64,000 bases of DNA from Geosiphon pyriformis uo1 (GCA_016748015.1 JAAOMT010000531.1:310001-374000), one strand, 5' to 3'. Shown: positions 12,601 through 24,391, counted from the first letter of the stretch. The notes: a model not told the origin generated them from the sequence alone. Program-made: numbers and translations.

Positions 12601-15429
12601 GTCATTCTTTATTGTCTCTGATATATGCACCCATAGTGGATAGCTTTTTTCTACAATCGACACATATTAGTCTTGGAGGTTGGTAAAATAGAATTCTTTG
12701 GTTCAAAGTTATGTATTCTATTGATAACAATTGGGGCTCTTCTTCAGCTCTGCCTTTTTCTTTTTCTTTCCAGATTGGTGGTGGGAGTAGTTCAGTTTGA
12801 TAATCATCTGCCCATGAAACCTAATAGGTCTTGATGGTTGGTAGCAGTGGTGTGTCTTTGAATTCAATAAGGGGTTTCTTGGTACATTGGGTTTTAAAGT
12901 GTCTGCACATAGCTGGGACTTGGGCATGCTGTCTGTTGAATGTGAGTTGAAGTTCTTGGGTGTTCCAGTCAAGAATAGCATTGGCTTTTGACAACCAATT
13001 GTTTCCCACTAGAGCTTGATATTGAGTAGCTTCCATGATGAGTACTTTGGTAAAGATCTGAATTCCATTAATCTCGAAGGGAAAGTTGTCAATTTCTCCT
13101 ATCAGGGTTTTTGTGTTTCCATCTGCTGTAATGATTCGGGCAATAGCAGCATAGTCTACTTGGTGACCTAGTTGGTTCATGAGCTGCTTCATGATTATGC
13201 TACTAGCTAATCCGCTATCCAGGATTAATTTAATGTCTATTCCTCCAACTTTAGCATTGGTGTATAAGGCCATTATTGGTTTATCCTAATTGATGGCTGC
13301 TCTACTAAAAAGGCTATGGGTGTTCAAATTATCAATGTTAAAAGAAAATATGGTGGCTAGAGTGGTGTCTTCGGTAATAGTGGCTGGTGGGATATTGCTT
13401 TTTGTTTGCTTGGAAGGTTGGAAGATTTGTTCTACATCTCTCCTTTCCACAAGTGTAGATTTGTCAAAACCCTGGTCATTCATAAGACTAAGATAGGAAG
13501 CTTAATTTGGGTATCCAGTTGGTGTTGGTCGAAATTGGGCAGGGCCACGAGGGATTGGTCGAGATGGTCCACTGTTGGTTTGTACCTGATTGTTATTGGG
13601 ATTTCTCCATCCTTGATTATAGTCTATGGCTCAAGATCTGAATGGGCTGTAAGGGGAAGTTTGATAGTGAGAAATTGCTTGTGTTATTGGTGGTGGTTAA
13701 TAATAATTCTGGGGCAGTGGTTGAGTGTACAGGACTTGTTGTGCGTATTGGGGCAGTTGATTCTGAGGTATAGAATATTGGGGTACCATGCTTTGCTAAT
13801 ATCTGGGTTGCTGGTATTGGTTTCTCTAATTTTGGTCTATTATCTTCTTTTTGCAGTCACGGGCAATGTGTTCAGATTTTTGGCAGTAATAACAGTTGTG
13901 GAGATTAGATCTCCAAGGTTGTTGCTGTTGCTAACAGTTTTGTTGCTATGGGTATCTGCTGTTGTTGTTATTTTCTCTCCATTGTGATGGTTGATAAGTT
14001 CCTGTGCTTCTGGCTAAGAATCCCTCAATTTTTTAGTTAATTTCTCACTTAATTAGATTATCTTTGCATCAATGTCAGAGGTTTCATTGATGGCTAAATT
14101 AATGGCTTGAGTATGGTTCACTTCTTGCTTGGCTGACTCAAAATTATGAGTGAGAATGACTGCTTCTTGTAGGTTTGCCAGATGGCGAGATTGTATGAAT
14201 CTTAGGAGGCTGCTCTTTAGTTCTTTGACAAATTGATTGAGGACTTGTGCAGTGATATAATAATTCTGCTTAATGGCTAGGATTTGTCAAAGGACCTGAT
14301 TGAATCTTCTGAGATAAGTAGTTACTGCTTCATGGTCATTTTGTTTTATTATACTGAATTGATTTTACAATTGGATGAGTGTATTAGGGTCACAAAAGTA
14401 TTGCAGAAATGCAAGTTTAAACTCTATAAAGGAGGTAGACTTCTCTGCAAGGCTCTAATACCACAAATTGGTGGTTCCAGTCAGAAAAAACGGCAGTGCC
14501 TGAATTGTGTGGTTATTGTTCCAACCATTAGTGGTAATTGCTTTTTCGGCATCTACAATCCAAGAATATGTGTTATCTTCTTCACCAAAAAATTTTTCCA
14601 ATTTAGTGATATTCCAGTAAGCCATGATCTGGTTAATGGGTGGGGTGTTACTGGTTATGTTTAAAAGAATTGGTATCCATGTATTTGAGTGTTCTCTGAG
14701 TGCTAATGCTGGTTGTTTCTCTTTGTTGCTTGAATCAATAGGTTGTAGGATAACTGTTCTTTCCATCAAGGGAAATGCTGATTCTGTTGGGTTTTGTGCT
14801 GATGGCTGTTTCCAAGTTAATGTGTTTCTTTCTGGTTAACCAGCTGCTGGGGTAAGATTTCCAAACAGCAATCCGTATTCTCCCAATGATTTGTTCCAAC
14901 TTTGTTGATTCCAAGGGTGTGGGTTTTTCAGAGTTTGTGGTGTTTCTGACTGGGTTTTCAGGGGTGGGTTGAATACAATTCTACTTTGGGGTGTCTGATG
15001 ATATGATGAAATTGTTGAGAAGAGAATTCTTGGTTTCTTGTTGACCGTGGATTTGTCTTGAACAGTTGTGGGATTATTGGATCTGTACTCGTATTCCTCC
15101 AGATTGGATTCTACTGGTTGTTGTACTTAAGAGAATTGTTTTGCCATATAGTGTTTAATGTCTGTATCGATTATGCATAGGGTTTCAGTGATTGCTCAAA
15201 TAGTGGTAGTTGTTAAGTACCTTAGTAAACTTTGATGGATTTGTTCTCCAAGTCTTCTTATGTCCATTGCATGGCCTAACAAGCAGTTGATTTTTGCGTT
15301 GATATAGTTACAAAAGTCACTTTCTGCGATGATAGTTTCTGCTAATATTCCTAGATCTTTTCAAAAGTACTGAAATAGTGCTTTTCTGTATGAGGAGTGG
15401 TCCTTTTTTATTGTTCCAATAGTCACCAC
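9639..15429 (-). pseudogene. Gypsy-B gag-PR-Cys-rich-dUTPase-RT-RNase H polyprotein, disrupted
   Basis: Capsid MAYWNITKLEKF (14625); knuckle CYYCQKSEHIARDC (~13850-13895); LILDSG; dUTPase ~11465-11887 (ASFDL...GFGSSG); RT VVVYLDN; RNase H ending NADSLSRMPQT*. Confidence 0.92.
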
Positions 15430-15471
15430 TTTTGTGTATTTCTGGGGTGCTCTGTCTCTGTGGATTTATAA

Positions 15472-15488
15472 TCTCACAAGGAGCACCA
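15472..15488 (-). promoter_or_regulatory. Gypsy-B primer-binding site
   Basis: Minus strand TGGTGCTCCTTGTGAGA, 2 nt inside the 5' LTR end. Confidence 0.85.
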
Positions 15489-15490
15489 AA

Positions 15491-16558
15491 TGTTACAGAT
15501 AAACTTGGTGAGTATAGAAAATGGTAACATTTGGTGCTCTCAATTATTGATGATGTGTCTTCCACATAATTCTGTTGGTTTAGTCTTGATTATTAGTCTC
15601 TGAAGATCTATTCCTGAATGTAAATTTACCTGTTGAGTTCTTTTGTTATAAGACACAGAGTTTGTCTTTCGTCGATTGCAACATTTTCTGTAAATGTGAG
15701 CTTTCTTCTCCAAGCTAATGAGTGCAGTTGTTAGGATTTGGCATTGTCTTTTCACCCTTTTGGTAAGCTAACAAGATAACATTAATATCCAAAACTTAGG
15801 AGGAGCTTCCTTTTTTTACCAGGCTATCACAAAGTTTATTCTCAGATAGTTAATTTTATTATGTTGCTGCTTCACAAAAAAATAAGAAAGAAAAAGAAAA
15901 GGAAAAGAAAAAAAAAAAAAGAAAGAAAAGATAAATTAGTATTGTCAATTGCTGTAATCAAGAGTGATTGGTCCAAATCGTTGATTGTTCGAGATGGTTA
16001 TGCTAAAAGCATCTGTTCTAGAATAAAGATATGAGACAAGAGTTAATTCACATAAATTCCACAAAGTTTCGGAAACATAAATTTGTGACTCTGATTTCTT
16101 TAATAATTGGTTTATTTCAAAAGATAAAATAGGGAGAATAATAAATGATAAAGAGATATGGATATTTGATTCTTGTCTAGAGGTTCATATTTATCTGTCT
16201 GTCTGTCTTTTTTAACTTCTACAACTACTTGTTTTTATATATTCTTTTGGTTTTATAGGATTGCTTTCAATTGTCTCACTATTGCTAGCTATTGCTTTGT
16301 TATTTCTGTTATTGCTTTATTTTTCTATATTATTACTAGTTATCCTATGTTATAACACATTATCTAACATTATTACATGTTATTCTGTGTTATCTTGTAT
16401 TATAACATATTATCCTATGTTATTGCATGCTATTCTGTGTTATTCTGTGTTATAACACATTATTCTATGTTATAATGCATTATCCAACGTTATTGTGCTA
16501 TTCTGTGTTATGTCACATTTTTTTATAACTTTGGATCGGTTTTTCTATTCGGATAACA
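15491..16558 (-). repeat. Gypsy-B 5' LTR (1068 bp)
   Basis: tgttacagat...ggataaca; tgttattctgtg-type tandem array at ~16340-16510. Confidence 0.95.
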
Positions 16559-19500
16559 CCAATTTCAAATTCCGAATCACCACCCAAATCAAGAACAATA
16601 CCAACCTACTCACCTGCCCATGACACAGCCACCAATATATCAATCACAAATATATCAGGCTTCAGTTTATCAACCTCAAACAATCTATCAGCCACAGCTA
16701 CCAACAATTTATCAACCACAGCCACAAGTAATTTATCAACCTCAACAAATTCAAACACCACCCCAAAACCCAGCTCAAATGACATCAGAAAATTCCAGAC
16801 CCAGAATTACACAAAACTGGAGATCGGTGATGGTTGTACACCAACCAATCTCCAGCTCCTCTTACCAACCCACTGGATTACACTTATGGAATTCGGGTAC
16901 CAGTTCCACCCAAAACCCAAATTCCCAGCACTATTTAAGTCTCTTGATTACTCCAAAAGATGTCACTTCCAACAATCCAGAACCAAATCAACCAGCAACA
17001 TTTACCAACAACATCTCACCAGCAATCATCACTGATGACGAATCCTTAGCCATCATATTCCCTTTTAAACTCGAAGAAATCACAACAGTACCACTATTCA
17101 GTGGAGCTGCCATAGAGAAAAAACCCATCATGGCAATGTATACTGATGCCAAAGTCGATAGTCAGTATATCAAACTGATTCTGGATAATGGATTAGCTGG
17201 CAGCATCATCACCAAACAACTCATGGATTAATTAGGTCACAGAGTTGACAGAGCTGTCAGCACAAGGATCATCACAGCTGATGGAGCAACCAAAACTTCT
17301 ATTGGTGAGATTGATGACTTCCCTTTTGAAGTCAATGGCATCATAGTCTCTATTAAAGTTTTAGTGATAGAAGCCACTCAATACCAAGCACTAGTTGGTA
17401 ATGACTGGCTTACCAAAACAAATGCCATCCTCGATTGGACTACTCAGAAGTTGCAACTTAGCCAAAATGGCCAACACACCCAAGTACCAGTAATATGTGA
17501 CCATTTCAAACTCAATCACATGCCAGCCCCACTAATCAACTTGGAGAAAGAGAAGCCAAAACTCATCTGGGAAGCATACCAAGTGTCATGGACCGATGTT
17601 GATCACAACAAATTGCCACCAATACTTGCCTGGAATGACAATGACCAGGAAAAGGGAAAAGGAAAAAAAGAACTTATCTGGAATACTGACCAAGCCTGGG
17701 AAATCAGCAACAGTCAAAAAGACTCATCAACCTGGAAGTGGAAGAAAAGCAATCAAGAAAAAGGGAAAGGAAATGAAGAAAACCAACTCAAAACCAATGA
17801 AACCACCAAAGCCAGCACCAGTGGCTGGAGAAAAACCTACTCAACTGACACTAGACCAGAGCCACTGCATATTCCTCTCAAGTGTAAAAACTGCAACAAG
17901 AAGTTGTCCTTATTGAGAGCTTGGGTTGCACCAGACAAAGACTATTGGATGCACACCCATTACTATTGCAAACCATGCCACCACAAACATTACAGGTATC
18001 CAAAGAGACAAGGCAAGTAGAACAATGAACCATGTCTCGCTTGTGGAGAACAACTGCTTGACGAAGGGATGTGGAATGACATTTCTGGTTAAGAAAGAAC
18101 ATATAACACTTTGTGCCAGTACACAATTCTTATCAGCAATTGAGTGAGTTGTGGAACACTCATCACAGCAGCCTGGTACCAAACAATCTCTTGCTTAGAA
18201 GGTTATCTACATGACAAGGACGAAATCTGGTGAATGGCCAATACCAAAGTAGAAGACGCTTCACCCAATGAAATTTTAGAGATCAAGAACAACCCTCCAG
18301 AACCAACAGACATTGTTTTGGTTCTCAACCCGGATGCTTTTCTTGACTTAGAAAACAGCCCAGAAGAATTCTATAAACACTATCAGAATCTAGTACTCAC
18401 AAAAGAAGAGCAAGAGCAACGTTTAGAGGAAATCAATACCCAATTATGTGACTACTGTTTAATCTTATGTGACTTTCAATTCTGTGATAATTGTGACCTC
18501 ATTTACAATCCACCACCATGCATGATCTACATGATTCCAGAAGAAGAAGAACCAATCAGCATCTACGCATTGGAATTGGAATCAGTTTTTGATCCCAATT
18601 CAAACTCCAACAATGATGATGACAAAAACACCGGTTTTAGCTCCATTCAATATGGCAATGAAGATAATAGTGATTTGGACTCCGATTCAAACTCAGAAAC
18701 ATATATTGCGCTCTTTAATCTCACCAAGAAGCAGACTCTGAAATGGTTCAGTAATAATAATGAAGAGATCAGGCCAGAATGTGCACACAATATTGATGTC
18801 GGGTTTGACCTGAAGTATCCAGGGAAAGATGCCATCAAATTAGAGCCACATTTGCACACATGCATCAATCTGAAAATAGCATTGGAAATATCAGCAACAA
18901 CCATAGTTCAACTAGTTTCCAGAAGTAGTTTAGCAAAAAGAGAGATTACTATAAGAAGAGAAATAATCAACGCAGGTTATGTGAGAAATATTATGACAAT
19001 GTTACAAAATGATTCAAAAAAGACCTATATTATAGAACCAAATGAAAAGATAGCACAGGCAATATTTCTGCCTCTGATTAGAGTAGCTCAGTTAGTATCA
19101 GTGGGAAAAAGAGAAGAATTAGGAATAGTGGCTAGAGAAATACAAAGATTTGGATCCATGAGTAAAATAGATGTACCAGTCAATATGGCAGAAGAAAAAA
19201 TTATTGGCCAAGGAGAAATTATCTCAACTAGTCAAGTAATTTTCATTCCACCATATAACCAGTACATGGTAGTTATAGAAAGAAAAGTGAAAGATAAGAA
19301 TCAGATTTTTGAAGCAGAAACAAGCCTTTGTGAATTAGGAGAGATTGGACTCATCAATCTCTACATACCAGCCAAAAGCCCCAACCATATCAAAATTCTC
19401 ATTTACAATACAACAGAAGATGCCATCACAATACCAGAGAAAACCATCATTGGATACATAAGCACTGAATTAGAAAATCAACCATCAAGCATTATTTCAG

Positions 19501-20969
19501 ATTTTCTACAACTATGTAAATATGTGGATATTATATCACAAACAATTTATGGACGAAATGAATGTTATTTGCTCCAACCAAAACAATTGGAACAAATGAA
19601 CATGGAAAATTTGGATCCACTTTAACATATGCAATTTAAGATGTTACTCAACAACTTCAATGACATTTTTGCTAGTGAAAATGAATTTGGCAGGACTGAT
19701 ATCATCCAACATTAGATCAAGACTGAAAATGCTATGCCAATTAAATAATGAGCATACAGAGTACCACCAGCCAGCCATAAGATTATCTGTCAAAAGATCA
19801 ACCGAATGCTTGACAATAGGCTAATTCAGCTATCTATGAGCCCATGGTCATTACCAGTGGTACTTGTCTAGAAGAAGAATGAAAAGATCAGATTTTGTGT
19901 GGACTACAGAAAACTCAATGAAGTCATTCATGAAGACAGTTATCCAACTTTACAAATCCAGAAGCCATTCAATGCTTTTGGAGAAAATAAATGGTTCTCA
20001 ACACTGGATCTAGACAGTAGATACTGGCAGGTAGCCATGGATCCAGCAGACAAAAAAAAAACAGCTTTTATGACGAGAGAAGAAAATTTTGAGTTTGAAG
20101 TCATGTCATTCAGCTTGATAAATGCTCCAGCCACATTTCAATGGCTAATGGAAATAGTATATACTGGCTTATTGTGGAAATCAGTAGTAGTCTATTTAGT
20201 ATATTCTCAAAAACATTTAACGACCATTTACATTATCTCCAACAAGTGTTTGAAAGATTGAGAAGAGCTGGATTAAAATTGAATGCAACAAAGTGTTTCT
20301 TTGGCAAAACAGAACTCAAGTTCTTAGGACATATAATAAGCAAAAATGGTATCAAGACAGATCCGAATAAGATAGAGATAGTAAAGAAATTTCCAATACC
20401 AACTAACATGACCAAGTTAAAATCATTCTTGGAATTTGCAGGCTATTATTGCTGCTTCATCAAAGACTTTTTTAAGATAACTCAGCCACTCAATCATCTC
20501 CAAACCAAGAATGTAAAATATAAATGGACTGAAACCCAGCAAAAAGCATTTGACATCTTAAGAAGAAAGCTTATTCAAGCTCTAGTGTTGATCTATTCAG
20601 ATTACAATAAACCATTCATCATTACCACTGATGCATCAGGTCAAGCATTAGGAGCAGTACTATCACAAAAAGGATCAGATGGAAGAGAACATTCAGTCAC
20701 ATATGCCAGCCAAAAAGAACTATGGAACACCAGAATTAGAATACTTAGCAATCTATTGGGCAGTCATGAAATAGAAAGAATATTTAAGCCAGAAGTTTGA
20801 GGTGTACACAGATCACAAAGGACTGACATTACTTCAAAAACAAGAATTTGGAGATGGCAGACAATCAAGATGGAAAATAGTACTCTTGCCATATACTTAT
20901 ACCATATATTATAAAAAGAGAAAAGACAACAGAAATGCTGACGGTTTGTCATGAATAAAACAAATCTAA
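16559..20969 (+). pseudogene. Gypsy-A gag end, protease, Cys-rich domain, dUTPase, RT, RNase H
   Basis: IYQPQ repeats; KLILDNGLAGSII (decayed DSG protease); DYRKLN, FSTLDLDS.YWQV, NAPATFQ; TDAS..ALGAVLSQ, VYTDH, NADGLS; TAA at 20967-20969. Confidence 0.92.
18741..19163 (+). other. dUTPase domain inside Gypsy-A pol
   Basis: Decayed trimeric dUTPase motifs: VGFDL, SRSSLA, IINAGYVRNI, KIAQAIF, REIQRFGS. Confidence 0.9.
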
Positions 20970-21050
20970 GAACATTTCAACCCAAAAAAAAATATATATA
21001 TATATATATATAACAAAACCAAATCAAACTCAACGAAAATATAACAAAAG

Positions 21051-22427
21051 ATGAACACCCAAAAATACTAACAACTCAAACATTATATAGATATTCGACA
21101 GTTCAAGAAAAAATTATCTCAATCAGAACGAAATAGTATCAAACAACAATTAAAATACTTTATCACACACCAAAACATACTTTATTGGAAGAATAGAAAA
21201 GACCCAGATCAACCAACCAAAGTAGTTACAGAGCCAGAAAAAGAGACAGTACTATTTAACATGCACTCAGATCCAACAACAGAACATTTTCATAAAGAAG
21301 TAACTATAGAAAAAACTAGAAAAAAATACTACTGGCCATCAATGTATTCAGACATTATCCAATATATTCAAAATTGTGATGCTTATCAAAGAAGAGGAAG
21401 AAGCAGATCCAGTGAACCACTGAGACCAATCAAAGTAAGACAACCATTCGATCACATCAGAATTGATTTAGTCGGACCATTAACAATTACTAGCAGAGGG
21501 AATAAATACATTGCAGTAGCCATGGATTATCTCACTAAATGGCCAGAAGCAAAAGCAATTCAAAGAGTGGATGCAGAATCCATTGCTGAATTTGTCCATC
21601 AAGATCTGATTTGTTGACACGGATGTCCAAAAGAATTATTATCAGACCAAGGAACTCACTTTGTGAACAGAACACTAGCAGAATTGAGCCAAAGATTCGG
21701 AATTAAAAGACCACTATCATCACCATATCATCCACAAACAAATGGTTTAGTTGAAAAATTTAATAGAACATTGTGTAAAGCAGTTACTAAACTCAGCCAA
21801 AAAAACCAGAATAAATGGGATTTGTTTATACCATCAGTACTATTTGCTTATTAAACAATGAAGCAAAATACTACACAAGCAACACTATTTGAATTAGTAT
21901 ATGGTAAAACAGCAACAATACTAGTTGAGATAGAAGTTAACACATATCTAACTGAACCAATAACAGAAGATAATTTCTAGGAAACACTGTTGAGAAAGAC
22001 ATATAACTTAATAGAAACATTGGAAAACAAATAAAGAAGAGCAGCTAATAATATTTAAAAGTCACAAGAAAAACAGAAAAAAAGACACAATAGTCAACTA
22101 CCAGACAAACCAGTAGAGTTCAAGATTGAAGACAAAGTACTCTTACATTGTACCAAAGCAAAAAAACAATGGAGTGGAAAATTTGATCCCAAATGGGATG
22201 GACCATTTCACATAAAAGAAATTCTTGAAAATAGAGCTTATAAATTAAGATGAGACAACAAAATCTTAGCCAAAGCAGCACATGGTGATCGACTAAAACC
22301 ATATCACCATACAGTGTCACCATCCACCAATAACATTCCACAATTAAGAGTATAATAAATACTAGTTCAACCAGATAAGATTTCACAAGATCTGGAACCA
22401 ATCATAATTATTGGACCAAACACGTAA
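21051..22427 (+). pseudogene. Gypsy-A stand-alone integrase ORF (HHCC, DDE, GPF), 459 codons
   Basis: ATG 21051 (MNTQKY); HSDPT.EH...CDA; IDLVGPL, SDQGTHF, YHPQTNGLVEKFNRTL; KFDPKWDGPF. Confidence 0.9.
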
Positions 22428-22487
22428 AATCAAACAATAAAAAAGTATATAAAGACACAGTATATATGACAAAGACAACCAAGAAAA

Positions 22488-23123
22488 ATGAAAATACCAG
22501 ATCATATTCACATCATAGCTTAACAATTATTTTAGACCTTAAATTAACAATCTTTAGACATGGAAGTTATTGTTAACAACCAAACAATTTGCTATCAAAA
22601 CACCAAAAGAAAGATAAAAAATACACCATATTAGTGAGTACCAAAGAATGATAAAAACTGGTCAGACAACATAATAGAAAAAGTAAAGAACACTTTTGGG
22701 AAAATACCTATTATGGCACCAACAAAAGAACTTACAAAAGAGAATTGGAAGCAATAGACAGAACAACTTCCAATATCATACTGCTACTATTAGCTAGGTC
22801 GAAAGTTGAATATTCAGAAGTTGTATATCAACAAATCCAAGAGAGTATTTAACCAAAACATAATACAGCAAATTGAAGAATTTATTGAAAAAAAGATGAA
22901 CTCAATACTACATGTGAGAACAATTTATTAACTGCACAACATATTTCAGAATTATCCAGAAATACTGTTACACTCAAACATGGAAACCATAACCATTAAC
23001 CAATGGGGAAAAATGAACAATACACAAATAGAAGACGTAAAGAACAGAGTCGAACAAACAATACTTGAAAAAAAAGTATTAGAATTAATTCAAAACGAAG
23101 ATTTCGACGGAGCTCAATATTAA
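22488..23123 (+). pseudogene. Gypsy-A third ORF of unknown function (212 codons, internal stops)
   Basis: MKIPDHIHIIA..LF...EDFDGAQY*; homologous to the same-position ORFs in B and C. Confidence 0.75.
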
Positions 23124-23136
23124 AAGAAGAAGATAA
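23122..23136 (+). promoter_or_regulatory. Gypsy-A polypurine tract
   Basis: aaaagaagaagataa directly before the 3' LTR. Confidence 0.85.
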
Positions 23137-24024
23137 TATTACTCATAAAAAGAAAACAGATATAGCAGACCAATAAAAGAATAGTATTTAGCATGTGAGC
23201 ATATTGTTTAATAATGTGGAGCAATATCAGAAATCATGGCATATTGCTCAGCAATATGGAGCAATGTCAGAAATCATGGCACATTGCTCAGCAATGTGAA
23301 GCAATATCAGAAAAAACACGGCACATTGCTCAGCAATATGGAGCAATGTTAGAAAATTAGAGCACATCACTTAACAATATGAGCATTGCTCAAGAAATCA
23401 TAGCACATTACTCGGAAATGGAAGCGATCTTATAGAACATCAATTATGTATATATAGTGATAGCATTAGAAGTAGAAAAAGAGAATCCAGTAGTTAAAAA
23501 TCTCCCATTTTTACAAATATTGAATAAATAAATCATTTACTATCCAAATCTACTCTTCACTATTAACACCCTATGTTGATAGCAATTGATACTTAACCAT
23601 ACTAAAACAATAGCTTTTGATCATGGCTATTGACAGATACTAACTTGCACATTGTCTTGGCTTATTTTTTTATTTTATTTTCTTGATTTTTTATTACTAA
23701 TTCTATTGAGGATTAACATGCAGAGTACTGATGTCAGGATATAGCACTGGTAAAAGACCCAGGAATAAGGGTAGAACACTCAATTGAAGATAGCTTACCA
23801 GAAGGAATACTAGCCATTAAGCTGAGAAAAAAATTGATGAAACTGTGGTTTTGGGAAGCTACAAATAAAACCATTGCAATTGAATCTCTGTCTATTATAC
23901 AAAGAACTCAACCAAAACTTTCAGATAACAATACCTTCAGATATTCCCAACAACATTATATCAATTGAGCACCAAGTTACAGGTTTGTTATTTGATTTGA
24001 AACCCTAAATAATCACTTGTAACA
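23137..24024 (+). repeat. Gypsy-A 3' LTR (888 bp)
   Basis: tattactcataaaaag...ttgtaaca; more copies of the ~40-bp U3 unit than the 5' LTR. Confidence 0.95.
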
Positions 24025-24391
24025 GTGGGAACAATTTTTCAGTGTTAAAGGGTACTTTTACTCAATTTCTGATTTTTGCTATTAGATCAGTTATGGAAGA
24101 TGCTTTGAAAAAGAATAGAGAACTTTGGTTGGTTTTGCAAGACATGCACAAAGCTTATGACTCTGTGAACTGGTATCATTTGAAGGCTAGTCTGCATCAT
24201 ATTAAGATGTACAATCAGTTTATTGATTTTTTTGGTAAAATTCATGAGGATTATATCAACAGAGTAATAACAGATTTTGGCCTTTCAGATGGTTACATAG
24301 TACATGATGGATTGGATCAGAATAAGGTATTCTCCCCTTTTTTTTGGCAGATATTCTATGACCCTTTTTTGTGTGAGATTAAGAGACACAA
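24025..24391 (+). pseudogene. LINE ORF2 part 2: RT core
   Basis: LVLQDMHKAYDSV and HDGLDQ..VFSP RT motifs, lying between Gypsy-A and Gypsy-C. Confidence 0.9.

Larger units (their letters stand above)
6418..16558 (-). mobile_element. Gypsy-B: full-length dUTPase-bearing Ty3/Gypsy element nested antisense in Gypsy-A gag
   Basis: LTRs 6418-7432 and 15491-16558; TSD ctga (6414-6417)/ccaa (16559-16562), both derivable from CCGA. Gypsy-A gag rejoins and matches the uninterrupted Gypsy-C homologue (aatcgccaatttcaaa). Confidence 0.95.
3792..24024 (+). mobile_element. Gypsy-A: full-length Ty3/Gypsy LTR retrotransposon (~10.1 kb without nested Gypsy-B), dUTPase-bearing, decayed
   Basis: Two LTRs with outer TG...CA, TSD gtga (3788-3791)/gtgg (24025-24028), PBS, PPT, order gag-PR-dUT-RT-RH-IN. 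Confidence 0.95.

Noticed and set aside
7097-16455. Hydrophobic plus-strand ORFs (7097, 7882, 13406, 16261 etc.) as membrane proteins or env
   Set aside because: Antisense shadows of A-rich minus-strand TE coding sequence or LTR tandem repeats.
22130-22427. Chromodomain at the integrase C-terminus
   Set aside because: Only the GPF/SH3-like module and a short tail are present; no chromodomain aromatic-cage motif seen.
23185-23400. ~40-bp periodic repeats as a CRISPR-like array
   Set aside because: Units are contiguous with no unique spacers and lie in LTR U3 of a eukaryotic retroelement.
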